Assembly (NCBI GenBank): GCA_013359225.1
Contig: JABWCG010000001.1
Location: forward strand, 276,441-340,440
Length of the DNA: 64,000 nt
Direction: 5' to 3'
From: Candidatus Buchananbacteria bacterium
GTDB lineage: Bacteria; Patescibacteriota; Patescibacteriia; Buchananbacterales; UBA6539
A program made the position numbers and the translations under genes. Positions 9,678-19,298 of the stretch are shown piece after piece; position 1 is the stretch's first letter; every line of letters starts with the position of its first letter. Under the pieces are notes generated by a model. That model made no database searches and was not told the DNA's origin. It was given only the letters and a program-made list of their open reading frames with translations.

Positions 9678-11285
9678 ATGTTAAAAAAAATTCTTAATCA
9701 GGAATCAAAAAGTTTAACGTCCGCCGCGATTGTTTTAGGGGTGGCATCTTTGGTTTCCCGCCTGTTAGGAGTGCTGCGGGATCGCGTTTTGGCTGGAGAG
9801 TTTGGCGCCGGCGTTGAACTTGATATGTATTATTCGGCGTTTCGGATTCCGGATTTAGTTTTTAATTTGTTAGTTTTGGGGGCATTGTCCGCCGGATTTA
9901 TCCCGGTTTTTACCGGGTATTTAAGCAACAAGAAAAAAGCTTGGGAGCTGGTTAATAATATTTTGAATGTTTTGATCGTCGCTTTGATGCTGTTGACTAT
10001 CTTTTTAGCAATCTTCGCGCCCTGGCTGGTTAAAATAATCACCCCTGGTTTTGGTCCGGAACAGTTAAAAATCACTACGCTGCTGACTAGGATTATGTTT
10101 TTGTCGCCAATTCTACTAGGAATTTCCGGCATCTTTGGCAGCGTGTTGCAATCAATGAAGCGGTTTTTTATCTACTCCGTAGCGCCAATTCTTTATAACG
10201 TCGGTATTATTGTCGGCGCCTTGGTATTTTCGCGCTATTGGGGAATTTATGGTTTGGCCTGGGGCGTAGTCTTTGGCGCCTTGATGCATATGATTATTCA
10301 GATCATTGCGGCGTTTACTTTGGGCTATCGCTACCAGTGGCAGTTTCAAATTACCGATAAAGGGTTGATCAAAATTTTAACCATGATGGTGCCGCGAACG
10401 CTCAGTTTGATTATTGCGCAGATTAATTTATTGATTGTGACCATTATTGGTTCAACTCTAGCCGTTGGTAGCATTGCCATTTTTAACTTGGCAAACAACA
10501 TCCAAAGTTTTCCGTTGGGAATCTTTGGTGTTTCCTTTGCTATCGCGGCGTTTCCGGCGCTGTCGGAATTGGTGAAAAAGAAAAAACAGTTTATTGAAAC
10601 ATTATCAATCACCATGCGTCAAATTCTATTTTTTATTGTCCCGGCGTCCGCCTTATTGATAGTTTTGCGCGCCCAAGTAGTTCGTGTAGTGCTTGGTAGC
10701 GGTCGGTTTGACTGGGAAGACACTGTTTTAACACTTGAAACATTGTCGTTATTTTCATTCAGTCTTTTTGCTCAGGCACTAGTAATGGTTTTAGTTCGCG
10801 CCTTTTTCGCGCTGGAAGACAGTAAGACACCATTTTATACCGGCTTAGTTAACGCCTTGGCGAATATCATTTTGGCGGTGATGTTAGTTGAGCCCTTTGG
10901 CGTGGCTGGTTTGGCGATTGCGTTTTCTCTTTCAACCATTTTAAATTTAGTATTATTGCTGTTAATCCTCCATTACCGACTTGGTAAATTAGACGGCGAT
11001 AAAATTGCGCTGTCGTCAGTTAAAATTTTAGTCGCTACTTTTATGCTGGCAATTACTGCTCAGGCGATCAAATACCCGTTGGAACAAAGTTTTGGCACTC
11101 AAACGCTTGTTGGTATTGGTTTACAAACCATAGCGGCAACCACTGGTGGCCTGCTGGTTTATTTTGCCATTTCCTGGCTACTCAAAAGCGAAGAGCTTGA
11201 TATCTTAATTTCTAGCTTACGCAAGAAATTATTGCGGCGTCCGGCCATCGCCGAAGAAATTATTGAGAAAGAAAAGTTAACTTAG
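9678..11285 (+). CDS. murJ: Lipid II flippase MurJ (MviN)
   Basis: SRLLGVLRDRVLAGEFGAG...AFRIPD...GALSAGFIPVF; many TM helices. Confidence 0.95.
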   Translation: MLKKILNQESKSLTSAAIVLGVASLVSRLLGVLRDRVLAGEFGAGVELDMYYSAFRIPDLVFNLLVLGALSAGFIPVFTGYLSNKKKAWELVNNILNVLIVALMLLTIFLAIFAPWLVKIITPGFGPEQLKITTLLTRIMFLSPILLGISGIFGSVLQSMKRFFIYSVAPILYNVGIIVGALVFSRYWGIYGLAWGVVFGALMHMIIQIIAAFTLGYRYQWQFQITDKGLIKILTMMVPRTLSLIIAQINLLIVTIIGSTLAVGSIAIFNLANNIQSFPLGIFGVSFAIAAFPALSELVKKKKQFIETLSITMRQILFFIVPASALLIVLRAQVVRVVLGSGRFDWEDTVLTLETLSLFSFSLFAQALVMVLVRAFFALEDSKTPFYTGLVNALANIILAVMLVEPFGVAGLAIAFSLSTILNLVLLLLILHYRLGKLDGDKIALSSVKILVATFMLAITAQAIKYPLEQSFGTQTLVGIGLQTIAATTGGLLVYFAISWLLKSEELDILISSLRKKLLRRPAIAEEIIEKEKLT

Positions 11286-11327
11286 TTTCTACTATTTCAG
11301 CCACCTTTTTATAATATTATTTTGTCT

Positions 11328-11497
11328 GACACTTTTTTAGAAAAAGTGTCCAAAAATCGTAAGCCTGGTGACAAAACTGACATAATTTTTACGCTCCCAA
11401 CGCTAGGTGTCGTAAACTCGTTGCTTGTTGCTCCTCAGACATACGACACCTTAAAGGCGCGTTGGTCACTAAAATTATGAAACGTTTTTCAAGGCTT
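11328..11497 (+). repeat. Structured palindromic element, copy A
   Basis: Hairpin gacacttttt/aaaaagtgtc, linker caaaaatcg, long interrupted stem with apical aaactcg...ctcagaca loop. Confidence 0.7.
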
Positions 11498-11515
11498 GCC
11501 TAGATAATTAAATAA

Positions 11516-11686
11516 TGCCGGCACTAGCAAACGTAGAGAATTTTAGTGAACAATATGACCATCCTTTTGCTTGTTTGAGGAACATAGTGACGAGTTTGCA
11601 AAAGGATAGTATTGTGAACGTTGAAAAATTCTTACAGTTTGGCTATCTGCCGGCGATTTTGGAGCCACCTTTTTACAAAGGTGGCT
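11516..11686 (-). repeat. Structured palindromic element, copy B (inverted relative to A)
   Basis: On - strand: hairpin agccaccttt/aaaggtggct, linker ccaaaatcg, long stem with aaactcg...ctcaaaca loop; same motif order as copy A. Confidence 0.7.
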
Positions 11687-11758
11687 AAGATTTTTGCCAA
11701 AGTATCAAAACGATCACTATTGATTTTAGGCCAATTTCTTGGTATGCTAGTTTCTGTT

Positions 11759-13534
11759 ATGGACCAAAAAATAAGAAATTTTTGTATCATCGCACATATT
11801 GATCACGGCAAGTCCACACTGGCGGACCGCTTTTTAGAATTGACCAATACCATTTCCAAGCGGGAAATGAAAGAGCAGCTGCTTGATCAAATGGACATTG
11901 AACGCGAGCGGGGAATTACCATTAAGCTTCAACCGGCGCGAATGAAATGGCACGATTATGAATTAAATTTAATTGACACTCCTGGTCACGTGGACTTTAG
12001 TTATGAAGTTTCGCGCAGTTTAGCCGCAGTTGAAGGTGCGATTTTATTAGTAGACGCGTCTCAGGGTGTGCAGGCGCAAACCGTAGCCAATTTATATTTA
12101 GCGCTTGAACAGGGTTTAGAAATTATTCCCGTCTTAAATAAAATTGATTTACCAAACGCGGACGTTCCCCGAACAACTGACGAAATTTGCAAACTAACTG
12201 GCTGCAAGCCAGAAGATGTTTTGAAGGTTTCCGGCAAGACCGGGCAAGGAGTTGACTTATTGTTACAGGCGATTGTGGACCGGGTGAGCGCACCCAAAAC
12301 TAACACCAACCCCTTACGAGCTTTGGTGTTTGATTCCAACTACGACGAATATCGCGGGATTGTGGCGCAAATTCGGGTGATGGATGGTGAAATCAAGCAA
12401 GGCGATAAAATTAAATTAACTTCCACCAAAAAAGAAACAGAAGTGCTGGAAGTCGGTTACTATACGCCAAAGATGAAAAAATCTGCTTCCTTAAAGTCGG
12501 GTGAAATTGGCTATGTGGTTACCGGCTTAAAAAGCATTGAAGACTGCCGGGTTGGCGACACGGTGACATTGTTTGATACCAACGTTGAAATGTTGAAAGG
12601 CTACAAAGAAGTTAAGCCAATGGTATTTGCCGGACTGTTTTGCAAAGAAGGAAACGAATATCCGCGTTTGCGCGAAGGCATTGAAAAATTAAAGCTTAAT
12701 GACGCGGCCTTGATGTACGAACCGGAAAATTCGCAAGCCCTCGGCTTTGGTTTTCGTTGTGGTTTTTTAGGGCTGCTCCATTTGGAAGTTATTCAAGAGC
12801 GGCTCAAACGTGAATTTGGACTTGATTTGGTGGTTACTGTACCAAGCGTTGCGTATAAAATTACCAAAACTGATGGTACCGTCATCACTATTCACAGTCC
12901 GCAGGAGCTGCCATCACCGGACAAAATCAATAAAGTCGAAGAGCCGATTATGAATGTGGATATTTTTTCACCCAAAGAATACCTGGGCGGAATTATGCAG
13001 CTGGTGGCCCAAAAGCGGGGGATTTATCTAAACACTGAATATTTAGACGACAAGATTGTTGTGCTTCATTATCACATTCCTTTAACCGCCTTGCTGGTTG
13101 ATTTTTATGACAAGCTAAAAAGCATTTCTGCCGGCTATGCTTCGCTTAACTATGAATTTTTAAATTACCAAACTACGGAAGTCGTTAAACTTGATATTTT
13201 AGTGGCTGAAGAAATTGTGGAATCACTAGCCTCAATTGTCTATAAGGATGAAGCGTTTACCATCGGTAAAAAGATTGTTAATTCGCTCAAAGAAACCTTA
13301 CCGCGCCAGCAGTTCGTTTTGAAAATTCAAGCGTCGGTTGGTAGTAAAGTGATTGCCGCGGATCGATTAAGCGCTCTACGCAAGGATGTAACTGCTAAAC
13401 TCTATGGTGGTGATTACACCCGCAAACGTAAACTTCTTGAAAAACAAAAGAAGGGTAAGAAAAAGATGTTGGCGCATGGTACTGGGAAGGTTGATATTCC
13501 AACTGAAGCATTTTTGGCAGTTTTGAAGAAATAG
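11759..13534 (+). CDS. lepA: Elongation factor 4 (LepA)
   Basis: IRNFCIIAHIDHGKSTLADR, LIDTPGHVDF, CGFLGLLH, RKDVTAKLYGGD; start set at ATG 11759. Confidence 0.97.
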   Translation: MDQKIRNFCIIAHIDHGKSTLADRFLELTNTISKREMKEQLLDQMDIERERGITIKLQPARMKWHDYELNLIDTPGHVDFSYEVSRSLAAVEGAILLVDASQGVQAQTVANLYLALEQGLEIIPVLNKIDLPNADVPRTTDEICKLTGCKPEDVLKVSGKTGQGVDLLLQAIVDRVSAPKTNTNPLRALVFDSNYDEYRGIVAQIRVMDGEIKQGDKIKLTSTKKETEVLEVGYYTPKMKKSASLKSGEIGYVVTGLKSIEDCRVGDTVTLFDTNVEMLKGYKEVKPMVFAGLFCKEGNEYPRLREGIEKLKLNDAALMYEPENSQALGFGFRCGFLGLLHLEVIQERLKREFGLDLVVTVPSVAYKITKTDGTVITIHSPQELPSPDKINKVEEPIMNVDIFSPKEYLGGIMQLVAQKRGIYLNTEYLDDKIVVLHYHIPLTALLVDFYDKLKSISAGYASLNYEFLNYQTTEVVKLDILVAEEIVESLASIVYKDEAFTIGKKIVNSLKETLPRQQFVLKIQASVGSKVIAADRLSALRKDVTAKLYGGDYTRKRKLLEKQKKGKKKMLAHGTGKVDIPTEAFLAVLKK

Positions 13535-13555
13535 TATGACTGCTATCGTCAAAAA

Positions 13556-13590
13556 GAGGTCTTAGATTCAGTTCTAGGACCTTGTTTTTT
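13556..13590 (+). terminator. lepA terminator
   Basis: aggtcttaga/tctaggacct stem followed by T-run. Confidence 0.6.
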
Positions 13591-13704
13591 CGCTTAAAAC
13601 GAGCCGTAGCTGAACGTTTTACGCTAGTTCATGGATATTTTATAAACTTGCTTTTTGGCTTAGCTGAGAGTAAAATTTTAGGTACTATAATCAACAATAA
13701 AACT

Positions 13705-13851
13705 ATGACTGAAGAAAATTCTCTACAAAAATTTATCAAAGATCTCAAAGAACAAAGAGCAGCGTTGCTTAATGGGTATGCAGATAATCAAAGTTTAGAA
13801 AAACTTTCAGAAAATTTTGATAAAATTATTACAACAGATGAAAATAACTAA
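13705..13851 (+). CDS. 48-aa helical protein overlapping the start of the downstream ATPase
   Basis: MTEENSLQKFIKDLKEQRAALLNGYADNQSLEKLSENFDKIITTDENN; 14-nt overlap with the next gene. Confidence 0.55.
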   Translation: MTEENSLQKFIKDLKEQRAALLNGYADNQSLEKLSENFDKIITTDENN

Positions 13852-16225
13852 ACTGACAATTAACGGGTTTCGAGGCTTTAATGAGAAAGAAGTTATTGAT
13901 GTAAATAATAATATAGTTATTATTTATGGTTTAAATGGTTCTGGAAAAAGCAGTTTTACGGAGGCATTAGAATGGTTATTTTTTGACGCAATTAGTCGGC
14001 AAAGGTTATCAAGATGTAAATCTGACTACAGATATGAAGAATATTTAAAAAATGTATTTTATACAGGAAGTGAGCATCCTTTCGTTGAGGTAGAGGGAAT
14101 TTTAGATGGAAAAAACATTAAATTAAGAAAAGAGATGGCATCCGGAGGGAATAAACATTATATTGATGACATAGAAAAAGAAAATTTTAAATCACTAAAT
14201 TTAAAATTGGATGATTATTTTAGACCAATGCTAGCTCAAACAGAAATTAAATCTTTGGTAGATTCTGAGCAAAAAGATCGATGGGAACAACTATCTAGTA
14301 TCTTAGGTCAAGATAGTCTGACGAAACTGCGTGAAAGTTTAATGCAGCTAAAAAGTCAAAAACGAGATGATTCTTACAAAAGCACTGAAAGAATTTGGCA
14401 ATCTGTTGTAGTTGAAACAGAATCACTTGCTGAATTGAAATTATTAGTAGATCCTTTAAAGAAATTAGATGAAAAATCTGTTTTAGAAAAAGTTAATGAA
14501 GTTTTTGGTACAAAAGAGTTGGCCTCTTTAGAGGCGCTAGCTGAGAAGATTAAAATAAAACAAAAGGCTTCTTTAAATACAGAGGTAGGTAAAAGAGTGG
14601 CCCAAGTGAATTATCAAGAAATTAAAACAATTGAGCCATATTTAGGAGAACTTAAGTACTACGCTGAAAAATTGGAAGAATTTTCTCATCAATCAACAAA
14701 AGATGGGGTAAATCATAGACACATTAACTTTTTAAAAACAGGGTTAGAGTTTTGTAATCCACCAGAATGTCCTTATTGTACTGAAAAGACAATCACAGAA
14801 CAAAAGATTAAAAATATAGAAGACACTATCCATAAAGCTAAAGATGCTAGTAAAGCGATGGAAAGCATAGACGAAAATAAAAAACTTTTAGAAATTTGGG
14901 AGTCTGGATTAGCGTCAGAAGTAGAGAAAATTTTTCCAGATCGACGAGAACTTAAATTAATCTCACAAAATTTAATGAGTTTGCAAGAGATTGATTTGGC
15001 GGCATTAGTTCAGGGACTAGAAAAAGATATTGATAGCTATAAGTTAGAAATTAAAAAGTTTGTTATTACACAGAAGGGTGCTTTGTATTCATATTTACGA
15101 AATAAATATTTTGTTTCAGGATCAACTGATGATGTGTACCCGGAAGATCTTGATAAGGTCGTAGGCTTTGTTGAGGATAAATTCATTCATGCTAATCAAA
15201 GATGGAACGAAATAAAAATTAAAATTACTGAAAAACTGCCAAATTTTGGAGAAGATGACACTGCAGAGATAAAAAAATGGTTTGTTTTAGAAAAAATTGT
15301 AAAGTTTTTTTACAACAATAAAAAATTTATTAAAAAAACAAAGTTACTGGACGTAGTAGAAAAGTTAAGATTAGACTTAGAAAATTATGAAAAATCAGAG
15401 GTTGACAGACTTCTGCAGGAACATTCTGAAGAAATCAAAAGTTACTATGACTCTTTGAATCCTAATGATGATGTAAAATTTTCAAAGATAGAAGTTGGTG
15501 ATGGCGTAAGAAGACAAGCAAAACTAAAAGGAGAGGCTTATGGCCAGGATATTAATCCTGTAACATTTTTCAGTGAAGCGCACACTAACAGTCTTGCTTT
15601 AAGTATTTACTTTCCACAAAGAGTTGACAGAAATACTACTTGGAATACGGTTGTTTTAGACGACCCTGTTCAATCAATGGACGAGAATCATTCACACGCT
15701 TTATTAAAAATATTATCAGATATCTCGGAAAAAAAACAAATTATAATTTTAACTCACTCAAAATCTTTTGCTAGGAAAGCCTCAGCATTATTTTCTCATA
15801 AAAATCCTTTAGGGTATTCATTTTATTACAATGATAAAAAGGGTCCTAAGGTAGAAATAAACAATGCAGAAACACTTACATATTTAGATAGGGCAGAAGA
15901 TCAAGCTAAAAAGGGAGATCCGAAGTCACTAGAAGAAGCTTCTCAAAATTTAAGAAAGTCTATAGAATCTCTATGTTTTGAATTTCTTATATCAAAAGGA
16001 GTAGGATTTAATACAGCTAAGAAAAAACAAGAAGAGGGGCTTAAAACTTTATTTTCAGTCTCGGAAAGTAATGGTCTTCCTTCTAGTGAGATTAGTAAGA
16101 TGAAAAGTTTTCTAGATACCTCGCATGCTAACTCTCATGCATGGAGTGTCGCAGACACAACTCCCGGAGGTGTTAACCTAGGAATAAAAGAAATGCGAGG
16201 GATTTATTCTACTTATTTAGCATAA
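13838..16225 (+). CDS. Rad50/SbcC/RloC-like ABC ATPase with coiled coil, CxxC zinc hook and C-terminal HEPN-like domain
   Basis: MKITKLTINGFRGF start, Walker A GLNGSGKSS, Q-loop LAQ, CPYC hook, FSEAH signature, Walker B/D-loop LDDPVQSMD, H-loop LTHS, tail LRKSIE...SHANSH. Confidence 0.8.
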   Translation: MKITKLTINGFRGFNEKEVIDVNNNIVIIYGLNGSGKSSFTEALEWLFFDAISRQRLSRCKSDYRYEEYLKNVFYTGSEHPFVEVEGILDGKNIKLRKEMASGGNKHYIDDIEKENFKSLNLKLDDYFRPMLAQTEIKSLVDSEQKDRWEQLSSILGQDSLTKLRESLMQLKSQKRDDSYKSTERIWQSVVVETESLAELKLLVDPLKKLDEKSVLEKVNEVFGTKELASLEALAEKIKIKQKASLNTEVGKRVAQVNYQEIKTIEPYLGELKYYAEKLEEFSHQSTKDGVNHRHINFLKTGLEFCNPPECPYCTEKTITEQKIKNIEDTIHKAKDASKAMESIDENKKLLEIWESGLASEVEKIFPDRRELKLISQNLMSLQEIDLAALVQGLEKDIDSYKLEIKKFVITQKGALYSYLRNKYFVSGSTDDVYPEDLDKVVGFVEDKFIHANQRWNEIKIKITEKLPNFGEDDTAEIKKWFVLEKIVKFFYNNKKFIKKTKLLDVVEKLRLDLENYEKSEVDRLLQEHSEEIKSYYDSLNPNDDVKFSKIEVGDGVRRQAKLKGEAYGQDINPVTFFSEAHTNSLALSIYFPQRVDRNTTWNTVVLDDPVQSMDENHSHALLKILSDISEKKQIIILTHSKSFARKASALFSHKNPLGYSFYYNDKKGPKVEINNAETLTYLDRAEDQAKKGDPKSLEEASQNLRKSIESLCFEFLISKGVGFNTAKKKQEEGLKTLFSVSESNGLPSSEISKMKSFLDTSHANSHAWSVADTTPGGVNLGIKEMRGIYSTYLA

Positions 16226-16268
16226 GTAGGTGTTTAAACTAGACATCCAATGGTCTAGTAATGAAAAT

Positions 16269-16299
16269 CAAAAAAACCGGGATTAATTCCGGTTTTTAA
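16269..16299. terminator. Bidirectional terminator between convergent genes
   Basis: aaaaaaccggg-attaa-ttccggttttt. Confidence 0.7.
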
Positions 16300-16329
16300 A
16301 AATTAATAAATAAATTTTAGATGGTTATA

Positions 16330-16587
16330 TTACTTATTCTCTAAAATCCAACTCTGACATTTTTTAGCCCAACTGATCGGCATCTTCTCAGAAGCAAGCT
16401 CGACACCTCGTCCGATAATTTTTAGATTACTCTCGCCCCAACCTTTAACATCAATTGTCACTGTTTCAATATCATTAATCGGCACACGAAAAGTTCGACC
16501 ATAAGGATGTTGATAGTTTAAAAAACCATTTTCCATTTTTAGAGTTCCACCGGCACCGAAAGCTAGCCGTAAAATCTTTTTGTCCAT
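16330..16587 (-). CDS. Hypothetical 85-aa protein, possibly PH-like fold
   Basis: Clean ORF ending at the terminator; RVPINDIETV beta-rich pattern and C-terminal helix. Confidence 0.65.
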   Translation of the reverse strand: MDKKILRLAFGAGGTLKMENGFLNYQHPYGRTFRVPINDIETVTIDVKGWGESNLKIIGRGVELASEKMPISWAKKCQSWILENK

Positions 16588-16666
16588 AGTTTTTAAGATT
16601 ATTTTAAATCATTAATCAAAATCATGCATTGCGTATGAGTGTAAAGCTCAAGAGTTACCAACTTTT

Positions 16667-16771
16667 TTAGTAAAAAGCCGGGCCGATGGTCCAAATAATC
16701 ATTGAAATAGTAATCATCAACACCAAAACAAACCAGATGATTTTTTTAAGTTTTTCGTGTCTTTTTGCCAT
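16667..16771 (-). CDS. Small membrane protein, 34 aa (MAKRHEKLKKIIWFVLVLMITISMIIWTIGPAFY), DUF4044/Prli42-like architecture
   Basis: Hand-translated; basic N-terminus followed by a single TM helix. Confidence 0.6.
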   Translation of the reverse strand: MAKRHEKLKKIIWFVLVLMITISMIIWTIGPAFY

Positions 16772-16830
16772 ATATTTGATATTATTTTAGCACTTTATTT
16801 TTACCAAGTAAAATGTTAAAATAATATCCT

Positions 16831-18546
16831 ATGTCTGAAATGAATTGGCAGGTTGCTGCCGCCGTCCCTAAAGAGTTTAGCGATAAATTCCCGGAAATTA
16901 ACCCGATTGTTTTACAGCTGCTCTATAACCGCGGCATTAAAACGCAAGAAGCGGTTGACGAGTTTTTAAACCCTGATTATGGTGCTGATATCCATAGTCC
17001 TTTTTTATTTCGGGATATGGAAAAAGCGGTGACTAGAATTTTACAGGCTGTTGAGGAAAAGGAAAAAATCGTTGTCTATGGCGATTACGACGCCGACGGT
17101 GTCTCATCTTCGGCGGTGATGGTAGAAACCCTCGCCAAGCTTGGTGCGGACGTGGACGTCTATATCCCGTACCGTGAAACGGAAGGCTACGGTTTAAATA
17201 AAGAAGCCGTATTAGAACTTTCAAAGCGAGGAGTGAGCCTGGTGATTACGGTTGATTGCGGCATTTCTAATGTTGAAGAAGTCAGGCTCTTAAACGAAAA
17301 CCATATTGATATTATTATTACTGATCATCATCATGAACCGCCAACATTGCCGGAAGCGTTTGCAATCATCAATCCAAACGTGGCGGCTGAAACCTACCCG
17401 TTTCGCAGTTTGGCTGGTGTTGGTGTGGCATTTAAAGTCGCTCAGGGTTTAGTGTTAAGACACAAAAATTTTAAAGTCACGCCCATTCCCGAGGGGTGGG
17501 AAAAATGGCTTTTGGATTTGGTGGCTATTGGCACCATTGCTGACTTGCAGTTGCTGCTTGGTGAAAACCGCACGTTAGTCAATTATGGTTTAGTGGTACT
17601 GCGAAAAACCAATCGGCTTGGTCTGCGTGAGTTGCTTAAATCTACCAATGCTGATTTAGCAAGCGTGGACGAGCAAGTCATTGGCTGGCAAATTTCACCG
17701 CGCCTGAATGCGGCCGGCCGGCTTAATCATGCCAGTTCGGCATATCAGTTGTTAATCACGCAAAGCCCGGAAGAAGCGTTAAAACTTACCCAGGAATTAA
17801 ACCAGACTAATCAGGAACGCCAGCAGCTGACCGAAAAAGTAAAAACGGAAGCTCGTGAAGTCTTAGGACAATTTAACGGCGAGAAAATTTTGATTGCCGT
17901 CGGTAAAAATTGGCCGACCGGTGTGGTTGGGCTCGTTGCTGGGCGCATTACCGATCAATGGCACCGTCCGGCGCTGGTAATTAGTCACTATAATGGCGAA
18001 ATTATCGGCTCAGGCCGCAGTATTGCGGAATTTAACATTATTGAGGCTTTGGATGAATGCCGGGAATATCTGGCCCGTTATGGCGGCCATGCCCAGGCCT
18101 GCGGTTTCACTGTTAAAGACGAAGCTAATCTAAAGCTGTTTATTGAAAAAATCAAAACACTGGCCGAAACCCAGCTGGCCGGAAAAGACATTGCCAAGTC
18201 GCTTTTTATTGATGCCCAAGTTGAACTTGAAAATGTTGATTGGCACTTGTTTGAACAATTAGAAAAGTTTTTTCCGCATGGTGTCGGCAACTATAAGCCC
18301 CGGTTTGTGGCGCACGATTTAAACATCAAAGAAATTCAAACCGTTGGCAAAGACGGTCGGCATTTGCGTCTGATGGTCCAGCATAAAACTCAAATCATCC
18401 GCAAAACAATCGGGTTTACATTTGGTGAATGGCGGGATAAACTTAAACCCGGAGATAAAATTGACATGGTGTTTGAGGTTGATGTCAACGAATGGAATGG
18501 TAATCGTGAATTGCAGCTAAAAATTATTGATTTAAAATCAAAATGA
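16831..18546 (+). CDS. recJ: ssDNA exonuclease RecJ
   Basis: YGDYDADG, ITVDCG, TDHH, PRLNAAGRL, GGHAQACG. Confidence 0.96.
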   Translation: MSEMNWQVAAAVPKEFSDKFPEINPIVLQLLYNRGIKTQEAVDEFLNPDYGADIHSPFLFRDMEKAVTRILQAVEEKEKIVVYGDYDADGVSSSAVMVETLAKLGADVDVYIPYRETEGYGLNKEAVLELSKRGVSLVITVDCGISNVEEVRLLNENHIDIIITDHHHEPPTLPEAFAIINPNVAAETYPFRSLAGVGVAFKVAQGLVLRHKNFKVTPIPEGWEKWLLDLVAIGTIADLQLLLGENRTLVNYGLVVLRKTNRLGLRELLKSTNADLASVDEQVIGWQISPRLNAAGRLNHASSAYQLLITQSPEEALKLTQELNQTNQERQQLTEKVKTEAREVLGQFNGEKILIAVGKNWPTGVVGLVAGRITDQWHRPALVISHYNGEIIGSGRSIAEFNIIEALDECREYLARYGGHAQACGFTVKDEANLKLFIEKIKTLAETQLAGKDIAKSLFIDAQVELENVDWHLFEQLEKFFPHGVGNYKPRFVAHDLNIKEIQTVGKDGRHLRLMVQHKTQIIRKTIGFTFGEWRDKLKPGDKIDMVFEVDVNEWNGNRELQLKIIDLKSK

Positions 18547-18947
18547 GTAAAGCAATAATTCATACCGATGGCGGTGCTAGGGGAAACCCCGGCCCGGCCG
18601 GTATTGGTGTGGTGATTGAAATTAATGGCCAAACCCACCACTTTAAAAAATTTATCGGCGAGACCACTAATAACCAAGCCGAATACCAAGCTGTTATTTT
18701 AGCGTTGGAAAAAGCCAAAGAACTTGGCGTCGAAGAAATCGATCTGTTTTTAGATAGCGAACTGGTGCAGCAGCAATTGGTCCAGAAATATAAAGTTAAA
18801 AATGTTGATTTAGCGCCATTGTTTGTAAAAGTTTGGAATCTGGCAATGGGGTTTAAAAAAGTCAGATACACGCACGTTCGTCGGGCCGACAACAAAGCCG
18901 CTGACCGCTTAGTTAATGAGGTCTTGGACGAACAGCTAAAAAAATAA
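18543..18947 (+). CDS. rnhA: Ribonuclease HI family protein
   Basis: TDGGARGNPGPAG, TNNQAEY, DSELV, NKAADRLVN. Confidence 0.9.
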   Translation: MSKAIIHTDGGARGNPGPAGIGVVIEINGQTHHFKKFIGETTNNQAEYQAVILALEKAKELGVEEIDLFLDSELVQQQLVQKYKVKNVDLAPLFVKVWNLAMGFKKVRYTHVRRADNKAADRLVNEVLDEQLKK

Positions 18948-18954
18948 CTTTTGT

Positions 18955-19287
18955 ATGCAGCCAGAAATCAGTTCACATGAGGTGCACAGCCGACTAAAAA
19001 ATCAACAGCCCTGCACGCTGCTTGATGTTAGAACTAAAGAAGAGTTTGATCGCGCCCACATTCAGGGTGCGCTGTTTTTACCACTTGATGAAATTTCTCA
19101 ACTCTCTTTGACTAAATTAGGTCTGGAGAAAAACCAGGAAATAATCGTTTATTGTTTGAGCGGTCCGCGTGGATTTGACGCCGCTAAAATTTTAGCCAAC
19201 TTGGGATATACCAACGTCAAAAATATGACCAGTGGACTGCTGGCCTGGCGCGCCAATGGCTACAGTTTTTTGGTTTCCGGCCAGTAA
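18955..19287 (+). CDS. Rhodanese-like domain protein
   Basis: LLDVRTKEEF..AHIQGA, VYCLSGPRG, GLLAW. Confidence 0.9.
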   Translation: MQPEISSHEVHSRLKNQQPCTLLDVRTKEEFDRAHIQGALFLPLDEISQLSLTKLGLEKNQEIIVYCLSGPRGFDAAKILANLGYTNVKNMTSGLLAWRANGYSFLVSGQ

Positions 19288-19298
19288 TATTTAGAAAT

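Noticed and set aside
11286-11700. Possible CRISPR array or IS
   Set aside because: No direct repeat-spacer periodicity, no cas or transposase ORF, and no target-site duplication identified
11621-11758. 46-aa N-terminal extension of LepA in the ORF track
   Set aside because: It overlaps the structured element; LepA homology starts at MDQKIRNF and a -10 motif sits just upstream of ATG 11759
13838-16225. Housekeeping SbcC/SMC/RecN
   Set aside because: No adjacent sbcD or scpAB, degenerate signature motif, extra C-terminal domain and foreign composition
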